Source: Phoronis australis (Eukaryota > Animalia > Phoronida). From it: DNA of 64,000 nt. The notes below the pieces were generated by a model that was not told the DNA's origin, ran no database searches, and saw only the letters and a list, made by a program, of their open reading frames with translations. The DNA is taken from the NCBI GenBank assembly GCA_002633005.1, contig NMRA01000266.1:453925-517924 (forward strand), written 5' to 3'. Below, piece after piece: positions 25,601 through 40,600 of this stretch (position 1 is its first letter; each line of letters begins with the position of its first letter). The position numbers and the translations under genes are program-made.

Positions 25601-28600
25601 GTGAGTATTAGAACTGCTTTAGTTTGTCAAGTCTCTCCGCTGTAGTCTTCAAATGTTGACATACCTCACTCAGACTTCACTGCTATGTGGCTATTTTAAC
25701 TAAATAGCGCCCTTACAGTCCTAGTGTTCTGCCATTTCATGATGTTAAGTGTCGCTAAATGCTGTTTTGCATTTTACAGGAAATTCACCTCTTTTAAGAG
25801 GATTTCCTCTTATTTTGGTTTCAATTTCTTCATTTTTGATTTCCAGTTTCCTTTTTTGATCATTTTTATCGTTATTTTGACATTTGACATGCAAAAAAAT
25901 CACATTAAGTTAAATGTTTCAACACAAAAAATATTTCTAACACATAAGCTTATTTATTTGTAGAACGACTTATCAGGTGAGAAATTTCTCTGTTTGTGTC
26001 ATGGGTCCGTCCAAGCCCTGATGTTATTAGATTTATTATAACACAAGATCTAATAAATGCTCCGTTTCCTCTTGCAGCCGTGTGGTGGAGCTATTGACTC
26101 ATGACTGGACATTGTCCCGCAGTCTGCGAGTGCCCGCCATCAGTCGATTACAAAAGATCCACAACGTGGATGTGGCCCTCAAGGCTCTCCAGGGTCGTGG
26201 CCTTGACCTCTCATTGGCCAAAGGTTAGGGTCAAGACTAGGGAATGGCTTTGTTTTGTTGCCAGTTGATCAGTACCAACTTGTTTATATTTATTCAATGT
26301 TTTGTTGCCTTTAAGTATCTAGATGCTTCAAAGATCAACAATGTCTTCCAAAGTTAGTGAAAGTTACTTTAACGTCTTTGAAAATGGTCGTGAGATGAAT
26401 ATTCCGAAATTGCTGTGCAAACGTTTTCTTGTGAAATGCTACAAAAATAGTCGCTGAATAAGTTGGTTGCTGAGCAGTAGAGAAGGTATTGGAAGATGCA
26501 GAAGACTTTGAGACATTGTAGTTTTGGTATTTATGGACAAGGCATGGCCAAACTGATTCGTTGGAGAGTTGTTTTAGTTCTTTTATGTAAGAGAACATCA
26601 TAATTCGATATCTGGCAGAATATCTGAAATTTGTAGCCTGTTCAGTGTTCAGTTATTGCAACGAGAAAACAAGAAGTCCATATTGTTTCTAGGTGGCGCA
26701 GTCACTGCCAAAGACATAGTGGATGGACACCGAGAGAAAACGCACACACTGCTGTGGCAACTGATCTTTAACTTCCAAGTAAGAAAAACAGTAAAGATAA
26801 GAATTCCTCTGTTGTATCATTGTGGCATTATTTTTATTATTATTATTATTATTATAATTATTATTATTATTTTGTTATTTATGTAATTTGTCCTTTTTCT
26901 GATGTATTGAGTGCATGTTTTTAACTTTCGTGTCATTCCTCTAGGTGGAGCTGATGCTGGATGTTAATCAACTTAAGGAGGAGATAAGTTTCCTGCAGTC
27001 TAGTCTGGACATCCAGCACCAGATGGAGACACTGTGCTCTGTGCCAAACTCTGGTCGACAACAGACTGACTGCCCTGACCTTTATTATCGCAGCAAGAAG
27101 CTGAGTCTCCTTCTGAAATGGTGTCAGTCTGTGTGTGCTTACTACAACATGAAGGTATGACATCTGGTGGCAGAGGTCGATTGTCTTTTAAATTCTATTC
27201 TAATTTAGCACTGGTTGTCCTTATTGTTGATTAATGTCACTGAAATTTTTCTCACTTCATTGCCTTGTAAAAATTGGCAATTCAAATCATAGGACGTCCA
27301 CACAGTGGAAGTGTGGAATCAAGTGCCATACACATCACACCCAAACTGCGTGTCAAACATAAACTCGCACAAGTCAAAATTAATATTTACCAGCAGAAAT
27401 ACCACTTTATGGAAATCAAGCCCTTCGAAAGAACTTATCCTCTCGAAAAATTCAATTTTTTACTTTTCTCTTGACACACTGCCATTTGCAATTTTTGACC
27501 TACTGATGAACTCATGACCTACTGATGAACTCATGACCTACTGATGAACTCTTGAACTAAAAGCATTCACTGGGCTCATTGGCTGGCATTACCTACTGAT
27601 GAACTCATGACCTACTGATGAACTCATGACCTACTGATGAACTCATGACCTACTGATGAACTCATGACCTACTGATGAACTCATGACCTACTAAAAGCAT
27701 TTGGGTTATTGCATGACATTAGGTAAAAAGTTAGGGTAGAAGATGGCAGATGATTTGATTTGACGTTGTTAGAGGAAGGAAAAAAGAGACGAAATGTAAC
27801 CAGACGATTGTTTGCAGTTTTTAATATCTGTTAAGGGAATTACATTTGATTAGTACTATTACACTGAAAGGGAATTTTCCTCCCATTGTTTTGGTTGAAA
27901 ACCATGTCGCCAGGTGGTGAAGAGCCCTCTGGTGGACCCTCAGCTCTGTTTAAGAGCTGAATACTGGCTAGCCTGACAGGAAACGTCTGGCAGTGGAGTT
28001 ACAGGGCTTGGAATTTTCCGCGGAAACGCAGATTTCCGCTTTTTTCAAATGTTCTGGCCGCGTATTTTATTACATTTCCGCGTAAAAAAATCGGATTTGA
28101 TATAAAATTTCCGCGGCAAATTTGTTTCTAACCGCCACGTTGCCGACGACTTTCACCTCGAAAAGTGGAAGTTGCTCTTTATGTTTCGGAGGAGCGTAAA
28201 TTGTCAACATTGACGGGGCATCTGGGATTGCGTGGTAGATTTCCTGAATGGCGGCTCGTGTGATTGTAAACCACGGTGACAAATACTACGAATCTGGAGT
28301 CAAAAATGTGTGGAGGTGGGAGTGGCGGACGAGCCAAGACAGACGCAGACGCATGCTTCCGGAGGTGGTACCGTTTTTTGTTTTTTTGTCCTCTCGAACT
28401 TTATCGGCATGACCGACTTTTTCAAGGCTGGCATGCGCGCATGTTTCGGGCCGTAAAAATTTCCGCGTTTTTCGCCATTCGTCATTCCAAGCCCTGATCT
28501 AGAGAGTGCAGAGCTTGGACGTCCACGATGTTTTTACATTATTTTCATAGTACGTGGCAGTTGTTCTTAATTCCTGTGCAATACAGTGCTGCCATCTTTG

Positions 28601-31600
28601 AAGTAGCAGGAATTGCAAAATAATTTCTTTCTGGGATCAAAATGAAAACTAGAGGCTTCACTTTCAAATTTCAGTGAAGTTTCAGACTGTTTCCCTGAAA
28701 GTGTTTGCACTGTTATCGTTCTCATACTGTCATTGTCCTGTTACAGATTGACAACTTCACTGTTTCCTTCTCCGACGGTCGCGCCCTGTGTTACCTCCTC
28801 CACCACTACCACCCCTCCCTGCTGCCTCTGTCGGCCATATTTAAACAGACAACTCAAACAATACCGGCCGCAGCAGACGATGCTGATGACTCTGGTGATG
28901 ATAGTTTCAACAGTACATGGAAGATGGCATTCAGTCCCACCACTGGTAAACCTACGGAGTATCAACAGTTATTAGCCAATGAGAGAGAAAATTTCAAAGC
29001 CCTCTATGACAAGGTATGTACAACAGTTTTTAGTCTAAGAAGGTCCATTCTCAGTGACGCCAAGAAAAAAGTTTTGAATTTGGCCACTTGTCATAAAACT
29101 AGTCTGAGCTTTTATCTTGCTGTGACTAGAATTGTCCTCTGGACTTGAAAGAAAACTGACAACTGATTGTTGCTTGGCAACAAACTCAGCGAGTTGTCTT
29201 GTTATGTGTCTCGAGTTAGTCTCGAGCAATAATGGCCTTTCTGGTTCCTACAAAGTCCAGAATCGCTTCTATTTTCTATTGTGGGTTGAGAACAAGTTGG
29301 GACCGGAAGTTTTGCATGATCTAAATCGAAACTAATAGTCACTTTGACAGCGTGTCGGTTTATTACTACTATAAATTTGATAACAGCAAATCGTGTACAT
29401 CATTTTTTAATTTCTCAGCTACACTTTGTGTTGACCTTTGAACTATTGATCAAGCTAGTTTGTGCAAACAATGCTCCGATGTTGAAAACGTTAACTTTTC
29501 TCACAGTCACGTTTGCTTTTCTAAAACGACGTTGACTCGTTCTTGACCTTTGTTTGAATTAAATTTAATGGCAATAAATCTGGAATTCTCCTGACAGACA
29601 TATTACCGTGACAACTGAAATTTGACCGCCTTGGCGACCAACGTATACCTTGTCTTAAGGAAAAAACAACAACCAATCAGATCGTTTCAAGGCCATAAAG
29701 TCGTTTCTTGTCAAAACTTGGATTTTTTACTCAAAGCAAGTATTCGTTGCACCTTTTCATTTTTATCCTCAAGTCAATAAAAATGTGCAATCTAGTTCAA
29801 TCATGATTAATTGACACCTAAGTCTTGATTAAAAATTTTATGTTTGTATGAACATAGCTCACGCTTAAATCAAAAATAAATTATTTTTCAATGATGACGT
29901 ACTTTTTCTTCAATCAAACGCATATTGCATGTCAGTGGTCAAAAGCTTTCTTGCTTCTTACTATCAATAGAAAATTATCGTCTAGTTGTAAATAAGTTGT
30001 GTTTCATTCATAAACAAGTTTCTTTCCTGCAAATATCATAGCGCACTGACATCAAGTGCTACTTCAGTGGTAAGTGTACGTCTAATGTTTTCTTAAAAAA
30101 GTCAATCTTTGATCATAAAAGTCAGAATTCAGTGTCATTGCCTTGTAGGTGTCCGAGCTTGGTGGCGTGCCTGTCATGGTCAAGTCATCAGACATGTGCG
30201 GCACGATCCCTGACGAGAAGGTGGTCATCACGTACGTGTCGTACCTGTGCGCACGCCTCCTTGACATCCGCGTCGAGACGCGTGCTGCACGTACCATACA
30301 GATGGCCTACAGGTGCCACCTAGTGAAGAAACGAAGAGAACAATTGAAGGTATGCAATCATCTCAGGGCATTGGGAGTGATGGTTATTGTTGGTTAAAGC
30401 AAGTCAGTGTTTGTTTTCACTAATTCTTTCATCTGTAATAAACACCTGCTTAGTGAATTATTGCATTTCCATATTTGACATCTTTTATCCGCTGTTGCTG
30501 ATCCATCAAGAATTTCCTATGTCTTGAACTTGATGTATCATTCTGATTTTCACTGACTTTTTCAAAGCCAACACTCTTTTTTTTAGGTTGAAAACGAAGC
30601 TGCCAAAATCCTGCAGAACGTTGCCCGAGCTTTCTTGGACAAATGCCAAAAAAGACGTAAGGAAAATGCCGCCATCTTGATCCAGTGCTGTTGGCGCCGT
30701 TCAGTTGCTCGACTTCGTGCGGAGAGGGTCAGAGTTCAGCAAGAATACGAAGAACAACTGGCGGCAGCTGTCAAGATTCAGTCACGTGTTAAAATGTTCT
30801 TAGCGCGACGCTCCTATCTAAAAGAAAAGGCTGCTGCTGTAAAAATCCAGTCGTGGTGGCGGAGCTCACAGGCACGGGGGCGGTACAAGAGAATACAGGC
30901 GTCCACCATTGTGATTCAGAAGACGTTTCAGGCATGGTTTCAAGGTAGACAAGCTCGCGAGGAGTTTTTGAATCTGAGAAACGGCGTGTTGATGATTCAA
31001 AAAGTTTGGAGGGGTGTTCTGGCAAGGAAACATGTGGAAGGCTTGAAAAGGACCGCCCAGTTGTGTCGGGCAGCCATTCTGATTCAATCTTGGTACAGGA
31101 TGTGCCAAGTGCGACGCAATTACCAAAATCTCAGATGCGGTGTTGTCAAAGCTCAGGCCCTGTGGCGAGCTAGAGTCAACAGTACAGCATTCCAGGTTCA
31201 AAGGCAGTCGGCTGTTTGCATACAGCGTTGGTATCGTAATGTGATTATGTGTCGGCATCAGCGAAAACTGTATCTATCCATGCTCCATGACATCATCGTC
31301 GTCCAGTCACTGTGTAGAGGATGGCTTGAGCGCCGTCAGCTGCAGCGCTCCCATGTGGCAGCAACAGTCCTACAGTCTGCCTATCGGTGTGTGTTGGAAA
31401 GGAAAAGATACCAACAGCTTAGAATGGCTTGTGTGGTCATCCAGCGTCGCCTGAGAACGACCCTTCAGGCTAATACATGCCGTAACAGCTTTCTAGAGCA
31501 GAGGCGGGCTTGTATTACATTGCAAGCTCATGTGCGCTCTTGGCTCTGTCGAAGAAGGTTGTGTCGTCAACACGCGGCCGCTACTGTGATACAGTCTGTG

Positions 31601-34600
31601 TGCAGAATGCGCCTGGCTACGGCAAAGTATCAACAACTGAAGCATGCCACTCTTGTTATACAATCCAGGTTCAGGGCCAAATGCATGGCTTGTGCTGCCC
31701 GCAATCAGTATTCGCTGCTAAAACGGGCTGCTATCGTATTGCAGTCCTCAGTGCGTGGGTGGTGGTGTAGAGCTCGACTTCAGCGAGAGAGACATGCTGC
31801 TGTGAGAATACAGTCTGCCTACAGAAGATACCGAGCCTTGGCGGAGTATCAGGAAATGAGACAAGCTGCCATTGTCATTCAGAGTAGGTTCCGTGCCTGG
31901 CAGTTGTCAAAACTTCAGTGGTTAGAGTACAATATTCAGAGAGGTGCGTCCATAACCATTCAGGCTGCATGGAGGAAACACGTATGTCAGCAGCGTTTTG
32001 CGAAGATACGAAAGGCAGCTATTTGCATCCAAAGTCACGTAAGATCGATGCTGGCACGTAAAGATTACCAACTGATGAGGAATGCCACCATAATTATTCA
32101 AAGACGACTGCGAGCCACCCTTCTGGCCAAAGAGCAGAGTCACCATTATCAGATTGTGTTGGGCGCCATCGTCACCATTCAGGCTTGGGTCAGAGGTCAC
32201 GCAGCACGCGGGGAGCTCCAGAAGTGGAGGCGAGCAGCCATCGTCCTTCAGGCTCAAGCTAGGAAACTGATTGCTGTTGGCAGGTACAACGCTCTGAAAA
32301 ACGCAACGTCGGTTATTCAGGCTTACTATAGAAATAAAATGATTGCCAAATATGAGAGGAGCCGATATCTGCAGTTGAAGAATGCCGCTATTCAAATTCA
32401 GGCTGCGTATCGAAGAAAGACACAGCGAGAAGCATTTTTGCGGGCTAAGCATGCTGCAACAGTACTTCAGTCTGCTTACAGGGGGTATGCGGTGAGGTTA
32501 AACTTGGCCAGAAGAGCATCTGCTGCCAGGATCATACAGACAAGATGGAGGTCGACTCAGATGATGAGGCAAGTCCAGCTGAACTATCTTGTACATAAAG
32601 GAGCAGCCATTGTCATACAGTCTGTCTATAGGGGTTACATCGCCAAGAAGTCATACCAAGAAACTAGGACCGCTGTTATCCGACTTCAGGCACTGGTTCG
32701 TGGTCGCGTCACTCGGAGATGTTACGAAAATGTCCGTACAGCGGCGCAAGTCATCCAACAGAGATGGAGGGCAACTCTTTTGAAGAGGTCACTACTAAGA
32801 GATTTCCAGGACAAGAAACGAGCCGTGTTAATTATTCAGAGCTATGTGCGTGGGTTCATGGCCCGTCGCTCGTATGGCAGGACACTTAAAGCTGTCACTC
32901 TGATTCAGTCGCACATCAGGAGGCTGGTAGCTCGGCAGCGATATTCTCTTGTTCGACAAGCTGTTGCAACTATTCAGACAAGATGGCGGGCAACGTTGGC
33001 CATGAGGGGGCAGCAGTTAGAGTATCTCATCTGCAAGGGCGCAGCCATCGTTATACAAGCGCGATTCAAAGCGTACATGGCCCAGAGGGCGTATCAGAAG
33101 ACGCGTATAGCCATCATCTGCCTTCAAGCGCATGCTAGAAGAAGGATGGCTCAGAGAGAGTTCAAGAGATTAAAAATGGCTGCTTCAGTCATTCAGAATA
33201 GATGGAGGATGACCCTGTTACAAAGATCTACGCAGAAAGAATTTGCCGAGAAGAAACGGGCAGCAGTTACTATACAATCTGCTTTCCGTGGTTATTGCGT
33301 CAGAAAGCAATATAGGAAAGATCGCATCGCTCTTGTTCGACTTCAAGCTATGGCACGTGGGGCCATTGCTCGTCGCCAGTATCTACGATTTCAGAAGGCT
33401 GTTGCCGTCCTGCAGACAAGATGGCGGTCTACAATATCAGCCAGGCAGACTCGTCTAGAATTCCTCATTAGCAAGGGGGCTGCCATCATGATTCAGTCAT
33501 GTTTCAAGGGGTACCTGGCAAGGCGGCACTACCATCTTCAACGTAGGGCCATTGTTGATATTCAGGCTAGAGTTAGGGGGAAGATGGCTAGAGACTCGTA
33601 CACGACAAAACGTAATGCTGTCTTCTTACTTCAGAAACGTTGGCGTGAAACACTTCTGCAGAGATCAGTTCGATTAGAGTATCTGGCTCAGAAGAGTGCC
33701 GCTGTATGTGTTCAGAGTACATGGCGTGGCTATGTAGAACGGCGTGCCTACCTGCAGTCACGTGATCACATCATAATGCTGCAGTCTCGAGTCAGAGGAG
33801 CAAAGGTACGACGGGGATATCTCTCACTGTGTTCATATGTGCGTCTCATTCAGCTCCGTTGGCGTGCGACTCTCCTGCAACGGAAAGTACAAAGAGAGTA
33901 CCAAGTCGCCTTGGGGGCAGCTATTACCATCCAGGCCTACATCCGAGGCTACCTGGCACGGTGCCAGTTGAAGAGATATCACGCAGCTACAGCCATTCAG
34001 TCATACTACCGCATGTATGTGTGTAGACAACAATTTCTACTCTCCAAAATGGCCATTACAAAACTCCAAGCTCACGTCCGAGGTAATTGTCAACGACAGG
34101 TGTTTATGAAGCAGAAGGCAGCTGTGACCACTCTTCAGTCGTATATACGAGCTGCCATCATTGGACGCAAGACCCGTCGCAGGTTTCTAATAGCCGTCGG
34201 TGCAGCCATTACTGTACAGGCCTGGTACAGAGGTCACGTGGCTAGGAAGTTAGCAATGAACATGAAAGCTGCTCGCACGATCCAGGCAGCTTATCGCGGA
34301 TACAGGGAGCGTTTGAGGTGAGGCCATGAATTTGTAACAGTAGTTAACACGGGCTTGATAATTGATAATAATTCATTGGTTTTATACTTTTTTCACTTAT
34401 ATAGTTGCTCTTGCTCCTATTTCTGAGCCCCATTCCACAGTTTTGTGTACACAAACCCACAAACATGGTTCATACCACCTGCTCATTTATAACGTTCCTC
34501 TCCACAACAGTGTAAGCCAGTTAACGACAGAGTGGTAAAAAGTCAAAAATTGAACTCCACTGGCTTGCTGTTTCTAGAAAATATCAACTTCCCACTAAAA

Positions 34601-37600
34601 TCTTTAATTGTGTAGATTTCTGCCTTATTAAACCTAGTTGTGTTGTTGAAGGTCTTTCATGACTTCAAACAATCTTACCCAAAATTTCCTATACCTTGTT
34701 AGAGTGAAAACTTTTTACTTCTGGTGCTACGTGGCGTTGCTCCTCATTTTTCAGGTTTCAGAAGACGAAAGCTTGTATTGTGCGGCTTCAAGCAAATGTC
34801 CGTCGTACGCTAGCTCAGAAACAGTGCGACATCCTGCGTACACAGGCGGCTGCTGCACGAGTAATACAGAAGTGTTACAGGAACCACGTGGAACGGAAGG
34901 CAGAAGAGGTAGGACTTGGTTGACCCCGTCAAGTTCCATTTTGTAGAGTTGGTCAAATATACTAAACGCCATCTACAAAGGCGTCTGCTTCTCCTCTGAG
35001 CTCAGTCTTACTAACGAATGTATGTAAGGAGGGAATGAGGACGTGGATATAATGCAAAAACGATTTCTGGAGCTGTACTTGAATTCTTTAACACCATCTC
35101 ACTTCACCCTGTTGTTGGTTGAACGTAATTGAATGTTATCCTTGTGAGCATACGATGACTGTGTGAAATCCAGCTTGTTGGGCATGGTGTGAACCAATAA
35201 CAACCCTCACAACATGTCCTTCTCTAACCTAGAAATTGTATGTAACCTGAGTGAGTTTCAATTTGAGATTACCATAACAGCAATACGCTCACTCTCGCCG
35301 TTATAATTTACTGGCCATGTGCTAACCCAAATGTTTCTAAGCACACAGTAAGGACTGGTTGTATGAAGACTAGTGGCATGAATAACGTGACTGTGCTCAT
35401 ATTGTGTTCAAAAATAATACGACTGGTCTCATGAATGCTGCACCTGCAATTTCTTTTAAATGATTGCTTGTGGCGGGACAATAAGTCTGTACATTGATAA
35501 GAGCTGTTAGTGTTACCTCATATTTTGATTTCGCACTTAGGGCCTGGATTTTTGACTTCCTTGTTCCGTCGTTGTTCAGTTGTACCCTGCAAATGGTGTG
35601 TATCAACTAACTTGTGAAACCATCTTTATTAACTACCAGTCAAAATGGAGGGTGTGTCGCACCACATGACTGTACCCCTGTTGTTCTTCAGGAGAGGCGC
35701 AGAGTGAGAGGCGCACAACTTGCTCGCATCACCCAGGTGGCGAAGAATCACTTGAACGTCGTCCGAATCCAGCGGGCGTTCAGAAATTATTGCGCCATGA
35801 AGCTGGCAAGGGAGCGTCTGCAGACAATTGTCAAATTGCAGGTAAGCTAGTGTTTAAACTCTAGGCTCTTAATCTCTTGAATTTAGTGCCGAACATCGGC
35901 CACATTACCCTTGGAAAAATATTGAAAAGCCACATGAAATGTACCCTAATGAGGCCCAGAAATTACCAAGTGATTGGAAAAATCCCCTGGAGGTTCAAAT
36001 CACTTGTAACTCACACAGGTAACACAAAGTGTTAGCTATGGTTAATTGAGGCAGAGTTATGAGATCTTGCAACAGGGGTAGGGATGCTATTGGTGGTGAT
36101 TGGAGGAGGAATTTTTCCTTCACCCCAAAGTTCCCCTCTCAAAAGGCACAGGCACCTTTCCCTTCAGGTGATCGAGGGCACAGAAACTGATCACAACTAG
36201 CAACACACCATTAAGAGTTGTTGACATGATTTAATACATTTTGAAAATATTTTCATCATTGCTTACAAAGCAAGATGATGTCTGACATCTGCTTTGCATT
36301 AATTTTTGATGTTACTGTGTTTTACTTTCACATAACTGAAACAATTAGAAGATTGCTAACATTTATTCCAATCCAAAGTTATCATTTTCTTTTATCTAAT
36401 TTATGAATTAACAATGCTTGAACACTCTTTGTTACACAGCAACTAGTTTCTGCTACTTTTCACCCTTTGTCATCCCTTGTGCAAATTCTTTCATTGGCAT
36501 TTTGTAGAGATGGGTACGCGCTAGACTCGAGCGTCGACGCTACTTGCGACTACGCCAGGCGGCCTTGACGCTTCAGTCGGCAGCACGCCGCATGCTGGTG
36601 CGACGGACTTCTGCGGCCATTGTTATTCAGAAACATGCGCGTGTCCTCTTGGCCAAACAACGTTTGACGCGCTGGAAATGGGCCATCGTTACCATACAGG
36701 TGAGTTATTCTGTGTGTAAACTGCAGTGTCTGTCTATTTTTGATACCTATCCTCCATACATATAATGCAGATGTCATAGATAGTAGTTCTTCGTAGTCTT
36801 TTATTTCTTTTTTGGTGTTTAACTCAAGTAATCAGGACCAAGTCAAACTGTCAGTGACACTTTCAACAGGGCTTAGATTTTTCACCTTTTGAGAGGATTT
36901 CCTGTTTTGGTTTCAATTTCCGCTTATTTGTTTTCCAGTTTCCTCTTTTTTTCTTTTTATCATTACTTTGAATTTATTCATGCAAAAAGGCAGTTTAAAT
37001 TTTACATCACAAAACTATTTGTATCACACGAGCCTATNCTGTGCTGTGGAACGGAAATTTTCCTCTTTTTTATTTTCGGTCATTCCAAGCCCTGAGTCTG
37101 TCAAGGTGTAATAAGGTTTTGTATAATCTCTGGATTAATTCCATACTTGTCTCAAATTCTTTTGGGACCTCCAAATTCTATAGGTGGTGCTAGTGTAGCC
37201 AGAGTTCACAAATGATGCCTGCTCCCTGGAAATCATGAGGCTATATTATTCTGTGAATGTCCATGTGCTAATCAACTATTTCATGATTTTGCTGTCAATG
37301 CTATTACGCCACTATTTGTTTTTGTTAACACCAGTGAGATAATACATTATCAGGTCGCCAATTGTGGCAACCTGCACACTTTTATAACCTATTTAACAGT
37401 GTTGAGGTTGCCTGGAAGCACACATTTCATAATTTTGGCCACTGATTTTGATACGGTGGTTAACGTGAAACAAAAATTTAACTTATTGTGTTTCAGTCTC
37501 ACTGGCGAGGCGTGACGCTCCGTCGGTCTATAAAGAGTAAAAAAGTCATTCAAGCACGCAAGCGTGTACAAGCAGCCACCAGGGAGGCGACGGAAGACAA

Positions 37601-40600
37601 GAAGCTGTGCAACCGAACGACGTCTGCGCTTGACTACCTACTGTGTTACAAACACCTGTCGTACATTCTGGAGGCCCTCGTCAATCTTGGTGAGTGGTGT
37701 ATGCGCTGGGCACTGCAAAGCTTGCCAAAGAGGGTTATGTGTAGATTCTGTTGTATGCCCCTAACCTGCAAGTACGTATTGCGTAAAAAAACGTCAAAGT
37801 TACAACCAAAATCGGATATTTGAGGTTGTTATTGGCTGGGATAGGCTTCTTGAAGTTATTAGCTTTTATAAATTTTTTGTGTATCTGTAATATCTGTTGC
37901 GTTTTTATGATTTATTACTAATCTCCCAGAGAATTTGAGTGGGACCCTGAGGGGTGTAAGTTGACTTCTATGCTGAGGCTAATCTCAAAAAATCAAGAAT
38001 AGAGAATGGGTCAGGGCTGTTCCAGTAAAATCTGTATGGGAGGGGGGAAGGCACCTTTTTTTCGCACCCACCACCCATATTTTTCATTTATTTCTTCAGC
38101 CTACCACCGGTAATTTTTTATAAGTTTGAAATGCAACCACTCGTGATTTTTTTTTGTTCTTGTGGTTGACTACACAGGCGCTTGAGTTTATCTGTTCCTC
38201 CATCACCACTAACATCATTCATTACTAAGAAAACACATGTTTCTTATATATGGTTATTAGCCATACAGAAATTCAAGCACCTGGGGTTAAAGGGTGTTAT
38301 GGGCATGCCGATGAGGAGATCGGAGGGATTGAAAAAGTCTGAGCTTTTTGCAAGTTGCATTTTTGTTTAAGTTTTTGATTCTGTGCGGATTGTTTATAAA
38401 ATTTACTAAAATTACCCACCATCAAACATTTATGGCCCAATGAAACAAAAACGACCTGTAAATTTTTATTTTTTTGAAGTACGACCACCAGCCATTTTGA
38501 ATTTAAATCAAACGCAACCACCCATAAATTTTTGTTTCAGTTGCCTTCCCCCCCACACAGATTTTGCTGGAACAGCCCTAAAACTAGAGACAGCAAAGCT
38601 CCAAATGCCTAATGAAGCAGATTGTCAGAATTGAGTGAATTGATGTTCTTTTCTTGTTACAGCTACTACGACTTGTCAGGGTCCTCAATACCTCAATTTC
38701 GGGGCAGAGCATCGGCACCATTCCCGTGTCTGAAAAATCACGCAAAATTCTCCTCAGTCATGATGCCCAAAAATTTCTCTCGATTGATTGAAAAATTTCT
38801 CTTTAGTTTTGGATCACTTGTAGCTTACAGAGGTGGCAATTCAAAAGAACACAAAAACTTGGATACATGAGGCACAGCCTATGAGGGCTCATGACTGGGG
38901 TGGGATGCTATTGATGGTTATTGGGGGGGTAGAATTTTTGGCTCTCCCCCAAAAATTCCCCTATCAGAAGGCACAGGCACCTTTTCTTTAAGGCGATCGA
39001 GGACCCTGCTTGTACACTGTTACTATTCACTCAGATACAGTAAATGTTAACTTTGTCTTGTTTACCTTCACGGTCTCATTTCTGTATCCATGGTTTAGAA
39101 TTGTTGCCTTCAGTAAGCTCACTCTCCTGTCAAGTCAATTTGCATATTGTGTGGTTTTTTCTCCCCAGATGTCGCCACACGCCTGTCGGCGCGATGCTGC
39201 GAGCGTATGGTAGAGGGCAATGCTGTGCGCGTCATCTTCACGTTGATCCGCAGCTGTAACCGAAGTCTTCCACATATGGAGATAATAAAGTACTCCGTCA
39301 ATGTTCTCCTGAACCTAGCCAAGGTATACTGCTCTGTTTTGATCAGGTTTCATCCAACAACTGCCCGTCTATGAATCCAGCTGTCTATTTGCCATGTGCA
39401 TGTTTTAACTGAACATTTTTCTTGGTGCTTGTTATCCATTCTTAGTATTTTTATTTCATTATTGTACTTTAAATCAAGTTAAAAACTTGTCAGCATGCAC
39501 AAAAAAACGGAGAGCTCAATCTTTGCGCACTAGCTGTTGGATTTTTCTAACATTTCGTATGGAGGTGTTTGCCACTAAATTCTCATATAGTCGTAGGTTC
39601 ACAGACACGCCAACATAGTATTTGTCAACAACGTGAATTGTTCTGCATGAATTGTTGTAGTATGAGAAGACTGTGTCTGCCGTGTACGAGTGCCCAAACT
39701 CCATCGACACCCTGTTGGAGTTGATGCAAATCTATCGAGAGAAAGGCGTTGACATCTTCTGCAAAACTAGCCTACTGGTGGCGCTTCTGTCTAATGACAC
39801 CGAGCGACGTGCTGTGAGTTTCAAATTACCTTGAAATGTGTGCCATTCATTAAGGTGAAATAAATTTCTAATTATCACAGCTGAGTGATGACAAAATGTA
39901 CATTAAGTTCAAGTTCATTTTCATGCATAATGCCTACAGTTTCGGAAAATCATGGGTGCAGGTTATTTATTTAAAAGAGGGCCGACTATACCAAACACTG
40001 AGAAAGGGTTTAGAAACCGTATGGTGTCTTGAATTTCATGTAACTCTACCTCTCATCTTGAATATGAAATAAGACTGATTGATGACCTCAAAAAGTGTGA
40101 GGTCGATCTCTGAAAGTTTTGTGAGTGCGCAGACGGCATGGCATGTTATTCTCCACTTATTTTGAGGACAGTTATTGCACTTTTGGAATTTTAGTTTGTC
40201 TAAGTTCAGAAAAAGAGGATGTCTGGAACTCTACGCTATTATTTGCATATTCAATGTCATCAAATGAACAGTTGCTCCCTGAAGTTTTTTTCTGAAATCT
40301 GCACCAAATTTCAGTCAGTCAGTCATTTCTCTTCAAGTGTTCCAGTGGTCTTAGAACAAAGAGCATTGAGGTATAAGTCCAGTGATAGTTATACACCAAT
40401 CATCAGTACTTTTTCTTGGCATCAGCTGGGATTGAACTAGGGACCTTTAGATAGTCAGACGAGTAATCCAACCTCTACACCACCGAGTCGTCCATTAATT
40501 TTTGAAACCAATTTATATCACTTCTACCTTCCTTAGAAGTTTTAGCCAGGAGTAACTTGGCTGATAGTTGGCTTACGTTCAGTAGACGCTAGGACCTAGC

